From NCBI GenBank assembly GCA_008632985.1, contig QPGO01000083.1, forward strand, positions 285,075 through 349,074: a stretch of 64,000 nt of DNA, written 5' to 3'. Made by a program: the position numbers and the translations under genes. A model generated the notes under the pieces. It did not search any database and was not told the origin of the DNA. It saw only the letters and a program-made list of their open reading frames with translations. The DNA is from Psammoneis japonica. Taxonomy: Eukaryota. Positions 1-11,729 of the stretch are shown here, one piece after another; within the stretch, counting starts at the first letter, position 1; the number at the start of each line of letters is the position of its first letter.

Positions 1-250
1 TTTGCACAGACACATGCTGCTCCAGAGCATGTGTCTGTGCATTTGTGCAGCTTTTGTGCAAGTTGAATTGCAGAGGGATGTTGTTAGACACAAAACATTT
101 GTCATGCCTGCCAAATTGATGGACAACCATTGGAGGCACATTTTGCTGGTGCAAACGTGCAGAATTTCACACAGCTGCACAGATGGTCTGCCTCTGGAGA
201 AGGTCTGTGCAGGTGAGAGTGCACAGGAGGTCTCTGGAGGGGGTCTGTGC
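1..250 (+). repeat. Hypermutated copy of the dispersed hairpin-bearing repeat at 22371-22630
   Basis: Colinear by eye with 22371-22630 (tttgcacaga..tccagagc.., cagctgcacagatggtct, ctctggag..tctgtgca). TA and CG of the other copy are replaced here by TG/CA. Confidence 0.8.
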
Positions 251-915
251 ACAAGTGGGGACACAGGTCATGGGGTCTGTGGCGCAATCCTGAAAAGAAG
301 TTGGCTGCTTCTGACGCGCCTCCTCGACAGCGACAGATCAGAGCTCTTGACAGCTTGTCCAGCTTTGGACATGACAGCTCCAAGTTTCCACATTTTTTGT
401 GAACTCTTTCTGATGCTGTGCCCATCACTTGGCCTTGTTGTTGGATTGCCATGGCTGTCTGCTGCAGAAGTGGCATTTTTGTTGAGGAAATCTGTCCCAG
501 GGATGAGATGGCTCATGTGTGGCGAGGGAGACCCTGTGCAGAACAAAACAACAATGAGGAAAGACACTGCACATGTGAGTTTTCAAGAATGTAAACATGT
601 GAGGCCTCAATGAAACACACAGTGTGAATGGTGATGCACAAGGCTCGTCAATGGACAGCTGGGTGATGATGTTGTCAGCACAAACCTTGACAAGATTTTT
701 CACCATCAGCTGCCCATGTGAACCTGTGTGTTCTCGAGCTGTCACATGCCTTGTGCCATGACGTGTGATGTTCCATTGAGATTTCACAACAAAACACTTC
801 AGAGACGACCACATTTTTGAAATCGGTGAAACGCCATTGCCTCTGTGTTATTTTGATCCGCGAGCCAGAAAACACTCCCCAAAATCCAAAATTGCTCTAT
901 CGGGTGCAGAGCAAA

Positions 916-2529
916 ATGTCCTGGGTTGTACCAGGCCACGTAGAAAATGAACGGGCTGAGAACTCCGGTAGTATCTTACCCATCATAATATCCCCCAAAG
1001 TGAGGCAAGATCCAACCATGATGTCAAGCCAAGAACGTGCGATCCACATGTGTGAAGTATGTGGGAGACCACTTGGGTGGATTGAAAATGCCGGTGTCCC
1101 CCTTGCTGTCGGTGTGAGTCTTGACCCTGTCGGATCAACGAATGTGTGCGCCGCTTGCGGTCATCATTACAACGAATTCTCGTCGCCAGAACCACAAGCA
1201 ACTCGTCTGGTTGCCTGTTGTCTTGCACGCGATTGGGATGAAGCGCTTGAATGCGTAACTTCTGCACCGCACGCAGCGAAATGCGTTTCAAGTTTCGACG
1301 GCCGAACTCCGATCCAAATGGCAATCTTTCACCGAGCCCCGCTAGCTCTTATTCGAGCTCTTGTCAGCGCTTGGCCGGAGTGTTACGTTGTCGATGAAAA
1401 CGACGTCGACCCTGACCCCCTCCCTTATGTAATCTCCAAATTTGAACTCTCTGAATATACTTACAATTTGATGGAGATTTTTGTTGAGGCCGATAACAAC
1501 GCCATTCTCAACGCATGGTACTTGAGGATAACTCCTACAGGGTATTTCTGTCGAGAGTTTTCTGAAAAGCTTAAAGAGGCGTCTGGGCTTCCAGCATCAC
1601 TCTCCATGAATGATGTTCTGGCCTATCACAATGAAGAAAATGGAATTGATGCAGGCGAGATTGAACTTGCTTTTCGGCACCTCACGTTACTTGTCAAGGC
1701 GGAATACCATGGGTCCATCCATGTTGACGATTTTTCTCTCGTGCATGCTGTTGCTGGTTGCCGCGATCCGTTCCTTCGGCCAGCGGGCTTGTTGGACCTT
1801 GCCATTCGTTTCCATCGACAAGAGCTTGAACAAGTGGATTTGCATGGAAACTCTCCGCTCCATGTCGCTTCATCTACCACTAACCGTAACAAGAACGAAC
1901 ATGTTGATTTCCAGATTTTCCAGATTCCAGAGTACATTTATGATTTGTTTTGCAGCAAGATTGATGAATATGGGCTTTTCTGTGATTTTGAAGGTTACCG
2001 CCATGTGAATTGCCGTTGTTTCAATCATTGCGAGTGCAGGTGTTCCAAAAAGACGGACGACATGGATTGCACGAAATGCTCTGACAAGAATTACAAAGAA
2101 ACAGAGTGCACCTGCTTCGAGCGCTATGCTTCTGGTCGTAAAATCTTCGATAGATACTTTTTTCCAAAGATGAGCAATGAGCACCGATTGGACAAAGAAT
2201 CTGAGATTCAAATGCTTGCAGAGGCATGTCCCCGCTCAGCCGGCCTCTATAACAATCGTGGGGAGCTCCCCATCCATTGCGCCATTGCGTGTGGGAAGGT
2301 TTGGGATGGAGGAATCAATCATCTTGTCAAAGCATTCCCACAGTCTTTGGCGTTGAAGCACCAGGGCTTGTACCCATTTGCGCTTGCGGCTCTGGGTGAG
2401 ACTTCGGATCTCGACACGATTCTAGAATTATTACTCGCTGATCCTTCTCTGGTCAAGTGTGCAGTGCCCCACTCTGGTGACGCTATTTCTCCACAAAAGC
2501 GCTCGAGCAAGAAACGCGAGTACGAATGA
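916..2529 (+). CDS. Ankyrin-repeat-like protein with N-terminal CxxC pairs and a Cys-rich insert
   Basis: Long ORF (817..2529, first ATG at 916). Ankyrin-like motifs GRTPIQMAI, GNSPLHVAS, GELPIHCAI and C-terminal LYPFALAA..LDTILELL. Normal dinucleotide composition. Confidence 0.7.
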   Translation: MSWVVPGHVENERAENSGSILPIIISPKVRQDPTMMSSQERAIHMCEVCGRPLGWIENAGVPLAVGVSLDPVGSTNVCAACGHHYNEFSSPEPQATRLVACCLARDWDEALECVTSAPHAAKCVSSFDGRTPIQMAIFHRAPLALIRALVSAWPECYVVDENDVDPDPLPYVISKFELSEYTYNLMEIFVEADNNAILNAWYLRITPTGYFCREFSEKLKEASGLPASLSMNDVLAYHNEENGIDAGEIELAFRHLTLLVKAEYHGSIHVDDFSLVHAVAGCRDPFLRPAGLLDLAIRFHRQELEQVDLHGNSPLHVASSTTNRNKNEHVDFQIFQIPEYIYDLFCSKIDEYGLFCDFEGYRHVNCRCFNHCECRCSKKTDDMDCTKCSDKNYKETECTCFERYASGRKIFDRYFFPKMSNEHRLDKESEIQMLAEACPRSAGLYNNRGELPIHCAIACGKVWDGGINHLVKAFPQSLALKHQGLYPFALAALGETSDLDTILELLLADPSLVKCAVPHSGDAISPQKRSSKKREYE

Positions 2530-2801
2530 GTCGTCCGGATGAAATAGACCACATTTGATTCATAGCTTTATAGTAAAAAGATATTGCTTCGTGATAAATT
2601 TGATATGCTGCAGAAATAGTCAACCATAGCTTATCTTAAACCCAGTGTTTCCAGTTTCTAATCAGGGTCTGGGAAGCACCATGAACACCAACGGCTTTAC
2701 CGAAAAAATGATGAGTTAATTACCAACGATGATTGGCTCTTTTTGTCTAAAACAAAACTGCCCCGGAGAGCAAGCTAGGCAGTTATCAAAAACTTTCAAC
2801 T

Positions 2802-4151
2802 CTACACAAACCGCTCTTGTCGTACAAATCCCGCTTGATGTTGTCGCCGTTCGTCGGCATGGGTGGCTGCTGCTACGGCGGCTCCGGTTGCGGCCGAGAC
2901 ACCCGACAGACCCGCCAAGGCTGTTGTTTTGATAACATTGACAATGATGCGACAAGTCAAAACCGCAGGTGTCACGAGCTCCCCCACGGCAGAAACCACG
3001 GGAGCCGTGACGCGTGCCGTCGATTGACCAATGCCGGTAGACATCCAAATGTCGGTCGGAAGCATTGCAAGATTGACGACACCATCCACCACATTTTGGC
3101 GTTCAATCACAAACACGGCATTCCGATGTAGTCGCATTGTAGCTTTCCTACCAGACTTTGGCAACGTGTACTCTAGCAATAAATGAGAACCACAAACATC
3201 CATGACTCGAAATGGCGACATGGGAGGTACGAGGGGAGTCAGGCCATTGTGCGTAGGCGATCGCCGAGCAAAGGCCTCCATGGCGACCCAATCATTATGA
3301 CGAGGCTCTAGTCCATATGGAGTATAAGAAACCAGTACTCGGACACGACCTTTTATACAGGATTCTTCTTGCTCTCGTTGTTGTTTTTCAGCCTCTCGAA
3401 GTGCAGCCGCCTTGGGATCGTGTTCCTGCAGGGCAGCCATGATGTCATCCTCGTCTACATTCTTTTTCAACTCCAGTGGAATCCATGCTTCCATGACACT
3501 GACTTGCGGGCTGCCATCTAGAGTCGTTCCTAGACAGAGTGACGAAATATCAAGTGATCCCGTTCCCAATAAACGCTCATCGGGAGACGGCACTCCCACA
3601 GGAATTACGTTTTCGGCCGCACTCACATCCTCATCCATGCGCACCTGAAGCAAAATTGGCATTCCATCTCTTGGCATACTTCCCTTGCGGAGTGGCAATT
3701 CAAACTCACACGATTGCCATACGGGATTATCATTTTGGGAAATCACCGGTGATTGTACCACATCGCTCTGAGGAGTCCATCCCACAACTCTCGGTTTGGC
3801 TCGTTTCTTTTGATTCAAATCCGCAATGCTTTCCTTGACTTCATTTTCTTCAAACGCCAATCCAAACTGAGCAAAACTCGAAATGGGTCCATGTGCTTTT
3901 GACAGACCCAAATGTTTCACGGGTCCCAGTGCAAGAGCGCTCCAATACGAACGTTTGAGTTCTGCAGCTTCGAGCAATTGAATGCGAAACTTTCCAATCA
4001 AACCCTTTTGATGGTGCAACAACCGATACGGATTGTCTCGAAAAGCAGACGACTGAGTCCATGTAATCTTATCAGGCTGAGAATGAGTCGATTGACGAGC
4101 CCGAGTGGCTTCGTACGTGTTGTCTTGGTGATGCTGTTGCGGCGTCGTCAT
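2802..4151 (-). CDS. C2-domain-like protein, copy A (449 aa)
   Basis: Intact ORF with C2-like segments (FRIQLLEAAELK, SPVISQNDNPVW, LQVRMDED, LLGTGSLDIS, GRVRVLVSYTP). Near-identical to 17122..18471. Confidence 0.75.
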   Translation of the reverse strand: MTTPQQHHQDNTYEATRARQSTHSQPDKITWTQSSAFRDNPYRLLHHQKGLIGKFRIQLLEAAELKRSYWSALALGPVKHLGLSKAHGPISSFAQFGLAFEENEVKESIADLNQKKRAKPRVVGWTPQSDVVQSPVISQNDNPVWQSCEFELPLRKGSMPRDGMPILLQVRMDEDVSAAENVIPVGVPSPDERLLGTGSLDISSLCLGTTLDGSPQVSVMEAWIPLELKKNVDEDDIMAALQEHDPKAAALREAEKQQREQEESCIKGRVRVLVSYTPYGLEPRHNDWVAMEAFARRSPTHNGLTPLVPPMSPFRVMDVCGSHLLLEYTLPKSGRKATMRLHRNAVFVIERQNVVDGVVNLAMLPTDIWMSTGIGQSTARVTAPVVSAVGELVTPAVLTCRIIVNVIKTTALAGLSGVSAATGAAVAAATHADERRQHQAGFVRQERFV

Positions 4152-5949
4152 GGTTGCTTTTTACTTTTTATTGCGTTTCTGCATGCTGGACGGCGATTTT
4201 GGAAGCGTCATCGCGAGCGCGCTTTACGACGCGCATACAGTCATCAATAGTTCTGCACGGCGGCGCGCGCATGTTTTCTGTGCTGTGCTGCGCTGTCTAA
4301 GGCATGGGCCAGCTCTCCAGCTAGCTAGGAGAGGCTCCAGCTAGCAGAGCAGCTCTAGCTGCTTCTAGTTGGCCATCTACACAAGCGTCACATTTGGGAC
4401 AAATGTGATTTCCGCATGATGTTCCAATCCCAAACACCACACTCCTCGCACCCAACAAGCTCCCAGAGATGGAGACGAGCCGGGCGGGGCAAGACTGGCC
4501 TGCGAGTGTTGAGCTTCTTCTTCTGTTGGATCTTCTGGGGGAGGGTGCCTTCAGGCCGAGACAACCAGCCATGGTCTTTGCCATCTGTGACTGATCTTGT
4601 TCTGGTTTGTCCTTTCCTCGCTTGTTTTCCAGCTTTGTTGAGACAGGAACCCTGGTCAGCCAACGTGGCTGGGTCGTGTCAAAGCTTCAGAAAAGATGCT
4701 CATTTGTGTTCTTCTCTCTCCCATCATGTCCAATCACTTTGCTTCTTGCCTCAACAATGAGTTGTTTGTCAACCTTGCTTGTCAACTTGAAACTGATGTG
4801 GTGTCACCTTTCTCCTCGGAATCTCCGTCTTCACCCTCATCTCAGACCCCTCCCTCCAGCCAGGGTCATCAGGGGGGTCATGCAGCCTTGAGCCCCGCCT
4901 CAGAGGGCTCAAGCCTTGGAGGTGGTGTGTGGGGCACCCATGCATGAGTGTGCAAAAATTTGGAGTTGGTGGATTTCTGAAGTGTCACTGCAGTCGTGCA
5001 TGCAAACATGCATCGGAAGTCAAACTCATCTGCTCTGTTTCAGGCTGATGCACTGCTTCAATGATGACAATGACCGACGATCCATCCATCAATCACATCC
5101 ATTTAATTTGATTTGACAAACACTCACACAGTGACCCCAATGTGAACGTTGACACTGCAGCTCTCCAGCTTGAACCCATCACGCTGTGTTGACCCCACAC
5201 AATGGGGCCTGCAAAGCCTCAGCCTTGCCACCAAAGCACTCGATGATGCACCTCTTCAGATGAGAATCAAGTCCATTTTTTGCAAAGTTAAAAGTCACTG
5301 CAGAAGAGGGACAAATATTTTTCTGTTTTTCTTGGTGCTGGCCCACACAGTTCTGCACACAAATGATGACTCCACATCAAGAAAGATTGCTGTTTTGACA
5401 AATGCATGAAAGGAGGTGAGCACCATGATGCTTCTGTCAACAATTTCCACATCAACAAACATCAGAACAGATGAAAATGACACTGGAGAGTTGACCCTTG
5501 CCACTGGTGCAAAGAAAACCCCAACAGCATTCCAAGAAAACCAGCAAATTCTGCTCCAAGCTTGGCTGGCCATGGAGCACCCACAACAAAAACTTGAGTG
5601 CAAAACCACAATGCTGGCTCCACTCATTCCAATGCTTGTGTCATGTCCTTCCTTGTCAGTGCAAAAGATCAGGCTGCACACCAAACTTTTGTGGAAGAAG
5701 ATGTGTGAGAAATGCCAAAGAAGAAGGTGTGAAAGTGGCACCCAGCACCACTGAGGTGGTCAACAGCAAAAGGAAAATGGAGGAGCTGGTGAAAGAGGAG
5801 TTGGTGCAACCCAGGAGCTTGTCCCAAGCACTGTCAAGGTGACTTGGTGAGGAGGCAGGCAAGCCAGGATTTGTGCTGGGGACAGAGGAGTCCATGTGAC
5901 CTGGAAGCTTGTCCCAAGCACTGCTGAGGTGAACCTTGGTGAGGAGGTT

Positions 5950-7950
5950 GTCAGGGGCAGGCAAGCCAGGTGCAAGGCGGGGGGGGGGGTCGCTGCAACA
6001 TCAATGGCTGGGAAGTGGTGTGCAGATGGGGTTGCATGAGGTGGGGGTGGAGTCAGGGGTGAGTTGAGCACCAACGTCAGCTGGGTGCTTCTTTGAGGGG
6101 TGGTTGGGAAGTGGGCCTGCAGGTTTGAGCAGGACATCTGTTGGGAACAGCGTGGGCCTGGGAGAGGGCTGAGGTCAGTGATGGTGGTGCAAACAGCATC
6201 TTGGATTTGGCTGGATGGCAGGGTCTTGAGAAGGCATGGCCACCAAAGGGGTTGAGGGCACAGGAGCCACACAGGCATGTAGAGCATTGAAGGTTGAAGG
6301 GGACAACAGGAAGGTGGAGCTTGCGCTGAAGGAGAAGGGCAAGTTGGGAGGATGAGAGGGTCCTTGGGAAAGGGAGTGGAGGCACAGGCTGGTGAGAGGG
6401 GAGAGAGCAAGGAGGGTGGAACTTGCTTGAGGTCTGGGCAACTGTGGCAGAGCAGAGTGTTTGGTTTGTTGTGGTGGAAGTGGGTGCACTGGGTCAGGCC
6501 TCAAAAGCTGACCAGGAGAGGGGTTGGAAAGATGAGGAGCCAAGCCAGAAGAGGGAGGGGGTGAGGTGGCAGAATGCGGTGCAGAGGCAGAGGGTGGGGT
6601 GAGAGTTAGACCAACAGGCCAAGGGACCAGGCCATGTGGGCAGGAGGGTGGGTGTTGTTGGCTGCCAAAGGATGTGCCATGCCTGGCCAGTTGGAAAGAG
6701 CAGGCAAGGGAGATGAGAAGGGAGGGAATGGGTGCAGCAAAGAGATGCTGCAGCAGCTGACATCATGGAGGGAGGCTGGGAGATGGGCGATGAGCTGGAC
6801 GGTGGTGATGGGAAGTGGGGGAGGGATGTGGTGGTGAGGCAGTGAGGTGGGAGAGGAAGCAAAGGGAGTGGCCAGCTGCAGTGTCAGTGAAGGGTGAGGC
6901 CCAATGGAAGAGGTTGGGTGTGTCATTGAATGATGAGCAAAGGCAGCAGACATGTTTGGAGAGGAGGCAAGTGATGATGGGATGGAACGTTGGTGAAAGA
7001 GTGTGCTCTGGGTTTGTTTGTCAGTGAGTTGGGTCTTGAGGTGGCAAAGGTCTGAGGCAAAGGAAGCAGCTTTGTGTCAGACAAAAAATTGGAGGCAAAA
7101 TCAGGGGAACCTGCAGGTTTGCTGAGGAGTTGAATGCCTGTGGTGACTTTGGGGTGGAAGCTGGGTTGGTGGTGGGATTGAAAAGGGCAAGGGCATTGGA
7201 GAGGGAGGCAGCAGCATCAGGGGGGAGAGTGAGGGTGAAGAGCCAGTGGCAGAGCTGAGAATCTTCTTCTTGGCATGGCTGAGTGTGGTGCCATGCAAGG
7301 TGCCAGGATGGACAGTTGGTGCAGGAGCCAAGGGATGATGGAGCAGGGGAGGAAAATGTGGGTGTCATCAAGATGCTCAAGAGGTGGTGGACTTGGAGTG
7401 GGGAGGGAGATGGAGCTTCAGCTGTTGGTTGAGTGTGATGAGGACTCCGGCCAAGCCCAGGCAGGCAAAGGTGGGAGTGAGGGGACAGCCTTGGGCAATG
7501 CCTTCAGGTTGCACAAAGGAGGGCCGCCAGCGCTGGTGGTCATGGTGTTGTCAGACATTGGGCTGTTGGTGTGCCATGCTGAAGAAGAGGAGGAGAGGGT
7601 GGTGCTGAGGGGAGGAAAAGAGCATGTCATGTCAGACATCACAGGGGCTTGTTGAGTTGGTTTGCATGGCTCCAGAAGGACTGCTTTTTGGTGGAGGGCA
7701 CATCTGGATGGGGAGAGGCATTGTTCCATGTTGGCACAGATGGCATGGATCAGAAAGTCCATGATGCTGTGGATGCTGACACCAAATTGGCCAGAGCAGA
7801 GCAGGTCAGCAGCAAAGGTGGTGATGAAGAGAAGGTGTGCAACAAGGGTGCCTGTGACATGGCAAAAGAAAGTGCCAACACTGAGATTGTGAACTGGGTG
7901 GCCATGATCAAGCCCCGCCTCACGCTTTGCGGCACTGGCTCTGTTGCCAG
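5950..7950 (-). mobile_element. Degenerate non-LTR retrotransposon with RT, zinc knuckle and restriction-like endonuclease (CRE/R2-type architecture)
   Basis: Minus-strand fragments in the expected order: LSVGTFF..GQFGVSI..MDFLIH (RT N-part), EGIAQGCPLTP (~7475-7505), EHLDDTHIF (YxDD with Y->H, ~7352-7378), CLCGSCALNPFGGHAFS (zinc knuckle, ~6225-6280), PADV (~6073-6085) and AIDV (~5995-6010). Many frameshifts. Confidence 0.7.
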
Positions 7951-9399
7951 TCACTTTGGAACAAGGACGTCACAATCAGGTGATGTCCTGACCGGCCAGT
8001 CCTTGTTCCTCTTCTGCCATGCTGTTTCAGTGTGCTGGAAGTGTGGGTCAGTCGGCACCAGCACAACTGGCAATGGAGTGATGGCACTTAAATTAGATCT
8101 TTTTTTTTTTTTGCCAACACTGATGTGCAGGCCAGAGCTCAGAAAGGTTGGGTGGGTCATTGTGGAGGGTTGGTCTGAGAAGACGGAGACTTGGAGTGGT
8201 TGGAAGAGGCACTGGCTTGCTGAAAGGCAAGGACTGACTAAATGCACAGTGTGCATTTTTGAGTTTTTGGGGCTCATTTTGTGCCAAATGTGCAAAAATG
8301 GGCCAATGTGTAGAAACACACTGGGGTTCTACGTGGCTCACATTGAAGGGTTGCAACACACCAGTGATGAGCTGGCAACTGCACCAGAAGTGAACAGAAA
8401 CAAGCAACAATCACAAAACTGACTGTTGCACACACCAACAGCAGTCACCTGCTCAAGCAAGTGACAATGCTTGCTGTTCATTTGTTCAGACGTGCGGATC
8501 TCAAAAATGTTGTGCAGGATCTCATGCTGCAAGCTTTCGAGAATCCTTTTCAACTGAGAATGCACACACTTCACAGATGCGCTTGAGACTTGATCCAACA
8601 CTGCCAAATGCACAGCAAGCTTCAGACAAGCAAATCCACAGTGGGGGTGAAAAGGAGGGCAATGATGAAAGTGGGGCAAAGTGCAACAGGGCAGGTGGAG
8701 TGCCACTGCAACAATGGTGCAAGTGGTGAGGAAGAGTCAGGAAGCCATTTTGGAAGGTGTGGAGAAGTGCAGCTTGGGTGGGGAGCAAACCCCGCCAGCA
8801 TTTTCAAAAAGGTTGCTGTCATCATTGTGCTCTTTTTTGGCAAAAAAGCATCTTGAAATCTGGGGGGGGGGCAGAGGTGGAGGGTTGAGCCAGCAAGAAA
8901 TTGTGCAGAAACATGCTGCGCTGGCTGCAAAGATTTCTGTGTGACACAAAATTGCCCACACATCTGCTCACACCTCTTGTCTCAAGAACGCTGGGCAGTG
9001 TCCCCTGCTTGCACATGCAGGGGTTTTGTTCACTCAAGAGCTTCCTCAGCAATGACCTGCTGCAGAAGCAGTGTTGCATGCTGCATGCCAGCAAGAGCCA
9101 CTGCAAGCTCACTTCTTCTTTTCGTTGACATTGCCTTGTGCATCAATGACTTGCAGAAAGCAAGCTTTGCTTGCTGCCTGTGCTGCCCACCCCCTTGCAG
9201 CTCTTTTCTTGCTGGAGCTCCTTCTTCTCCTGATTCCCTGGATGAGCAAGTCCAGCTTGAGGTCTGGTTTTTTGTGGTTTGTGCACCGCAGCCCACAAGA
9301 GAGCTTTGCTGGAAGCACATCAGCCACAAAGAGAGAAGCAGGAGGCAAAAAGAGCAAAAGAGGGCAGTCATCTGGCAATTGGCAGACACTGGCAATTTT

Positions 9400-10450
9400 C
9401 TTTTGAAGCATCATTGTGGCAGCCATGCATGGGAAGTTGTCCCACACTGTCTGCTGGATGCCCCGTGGGATGCCTTGCCAGTCTCTCTGTTCCAACCACA
9501 TCACAGACCATGCTTGAACCTGGTTTGTGGTGCTTCAAAAGGTGCGCTCTCCCCAAGACCTCAACTCCAGAGAGCTGTTTTTGGGGTGTGTGTGGCACAG
9601 CTGAGCTGCAGGTTGCATGTGCTGACATTGAGAGAACATGGCACCCCAGTCAAATGCAGGGTTTAAAATGATGCCTGATTGCCACTGTGTTCAAACCCAT
9701 TCTCTGTTTTGACTCTGGTGGACTCTGATTTGGTTCATTTTTGAGTGCACCACCACTCCTTTTTTGTGGCCTTGCTGTTGACAGTGCTCCTTGCTTTCCT
9801 GCTGCTGCATGGTCCCTGTGCCAATGTTGAGGCCAGACACTTCATCCAGATGGGTTCCAGTCACTCAAATCTTTTTGTGGTCGTGCTCCACATGATGCGT
9901 GGCCACCACCTTGTGCTTGGGGTGTCCCGAGCAAGACTGATGAAGTCCTCCATGCATTTCACTCTGCACAGGAGAGGGGAGCATTGCCACTGTGAAGTGC
10001 AGTGTAACAGAGGAGGAGAGTGTCAGCAATGTTGATGATGCAGATGTGGTGAAGAGCATCAGCCAGGCTGCTGGTGCAGTGGCGATGGTGGTGGTGGGTG
10101 GGGGGCACAGCTGGGGACGCGGCATGGATTGGAAGAGGCAGAGAGCATGTGCTGAGGTGGACAGGATGCTGCGGTCACTGGTTTGCAGTGCTTGCAGCAT
10201 TGTGGAGGTGTCGCAGCATGGCAACTGCAAGATGTTGCCCCAATCATGGCAGTGTGCAGTGACGCACGATCTCCCTTTCTTGGGGTCATTTCAGAGACAC
10301 AAGCACTGCAAAAGAGGGGCAGAGCTGTGTAGACAGCACACCTGCTGGCATGAAAGTGGCAAAGTGCCTCCAGCACTCCGGCTTTTTTGTTGGACAGCTG
10401 TTGAGATGTTGCAAAAGGAGGAGGAGGAGCTTGGCTGCAAGTGCCAACGA
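9400..10450 (-). pseudogene. Decayed, hypermutated copy of the 3' end and downstream flank of the 12340..16938 gene
   Basis: Colinear with ~12100-13130, e.g. gaggtggACAggatgctgcggtcActgg (10154) vs gaggtggATAggatgctgcggtcGctgg (12858), and gattGccactgtgttcaa vs gattAccactgttttcaa. Confidence 0.8.
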
Positions 10451-11222
10451 TGGCTGTTTGCTGTCTGAAAACAAAGCTGCCCTGCACCATGACACCAGCC
10501 AACTTTTCAAAATTCAGCTCAACACAAACCACTCTCATTGCACAAATGCTGTGAACAGCTGTGCAAGCCCGTCTCAAAGCCTTTTGCAGTGTGTGGCACT
10601 TTGCAAACCTCTTTGCATGGACCCTTCCCCTCACATGTCCTCCAGTCTGAGCCTCTCTGCTTCCTCCTGCTGGGTGCCTGGGTCATTTCTTGACCCAGTT
10701 GTTCAGGGGAGACAAACACGTCGCATTCTTCGATGGTTGAAGTTGGAGCAGTTGCCATGGCATGGAGACGGGGAACGATGGCACACCAGGTGTTATGAGC
10801 AAGGCGCGGCAACAAACATTCAGCACTTCCAAAAAGATGAAAATCATCAGCAATAAGTTCAAACGCATGCTCTGTAGACTTTGCGTAGCCAGCATACGAC
10901 ACACAATGCTCATACAAATGCAGGTAGATCATTATTTTAAAATTTCATTACATAAAGAAACCCTAACGGTTTTTGTATCATACAAATAAGCAATCTAATT
11001 ATGCGTATGGTCAGCACTCAGTATTTTTTGTGTCATTCATTATCATATGTTACGTATATGTATGTGTATTAGACAAAACGCCTCCGCTTGTCGTGGCTCA
11101 CAAAAGAGGAAAAGGCGCTCCAAACATACCCGTACCGTGTACCGTCTTCGTTGTCGCCACATTGTATCTCTTCGATACCTCTTCTCCTTTCACCAACTTG
11201 AAACTTGCTCTGTTGCTGCAGA

Positions 11223-11729
11223 ATGAAGTCCGTTTTCCTTTTTGCCGTGATCGTGGTTTTGTCACTGAAGGTGTCAGTTGGCGATGATCCCACTCCTACT
11301 CCCACACCTCCTGATCCCACGCCACCTCCTCACGGGATCTGTAGCCTCGGCAGAGAATCCGAGTACTTATGTGGCCTTTTGGTGAGTCTGTGTAAATGGT
11401 GTGGGGGCGAATGCATCGAAATGGGCGATGACCCCAACTGTCCATCCACATATCTCCGTCACCACCACGAATCAGCAGAAGATGAGGTTGAGGCGAAGAC
11501 TCATGTACTCTCGGAACTCCTCAAGAACGACGCTTTCAAGGAATCCTTAGATTCTGGAGTTGACCCTCTAACTGAAGGACCGTCCGTTTGTTATTTTGGA
11601 GAAGACCAAGCTATGTGTGAGGCGATGACCATCCTTGAGTGCAAGTGGTGTGACGTGTATAAACCATTCTGCACTGTCCGGTCTAACGCAAACTGCACAC
11701 GTCCTTCCATCGCGCCCGCGAATAGTTAA
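11223..11729 (+). CDS. Small secreted Cys-rich protein with Pro/Thr linker and two CKWC-containing repeats
   Basis: Signal-peptide-like MKSVFLFAVIVVLSLKVSVG, PTPTPTPPDPTPPP, two C..C..CKWC..C..C modules. Confidence 0.7.
   Translation: MKSVFLFAVIVVLSLKVSVGDDPTPTPTPPDPTPPPHGICSLGRESEYLCGLLVSLCKWCGGECIEMGDDPNCPSTYLRHHHESAEDEVEAKTHVLSELLKNDAFKESLDSGVDPLTEGPSVCYFGEDQAMCEAMTILECKWCDVYKPFCTVRSNANCTRPSIAPANS

Larger units (their letters stand above)
4390..10790. other. TpA- and CpG-depleted hypermutated block
   Basis: Only about a dozen TA dinucleotides found by eye in about 6.4 kb. TG/CA-rich, with dense Tyr-free spurious ORFs in all frames. Confidence 0.9.

Noticed and set aside
4390..10790. Dozens of overlapping Cys/His/Gln/Trp-rich ORFs in all six frames (also 28-32 kb, 42.5-44 kb, 47.4-49.3 kb, 61-64 kb) as novel metal-binding proteins
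   Set aside because: By-product of TpA loss: TAA/TAG stops and Tyr codons are erased, lengthening random frames.
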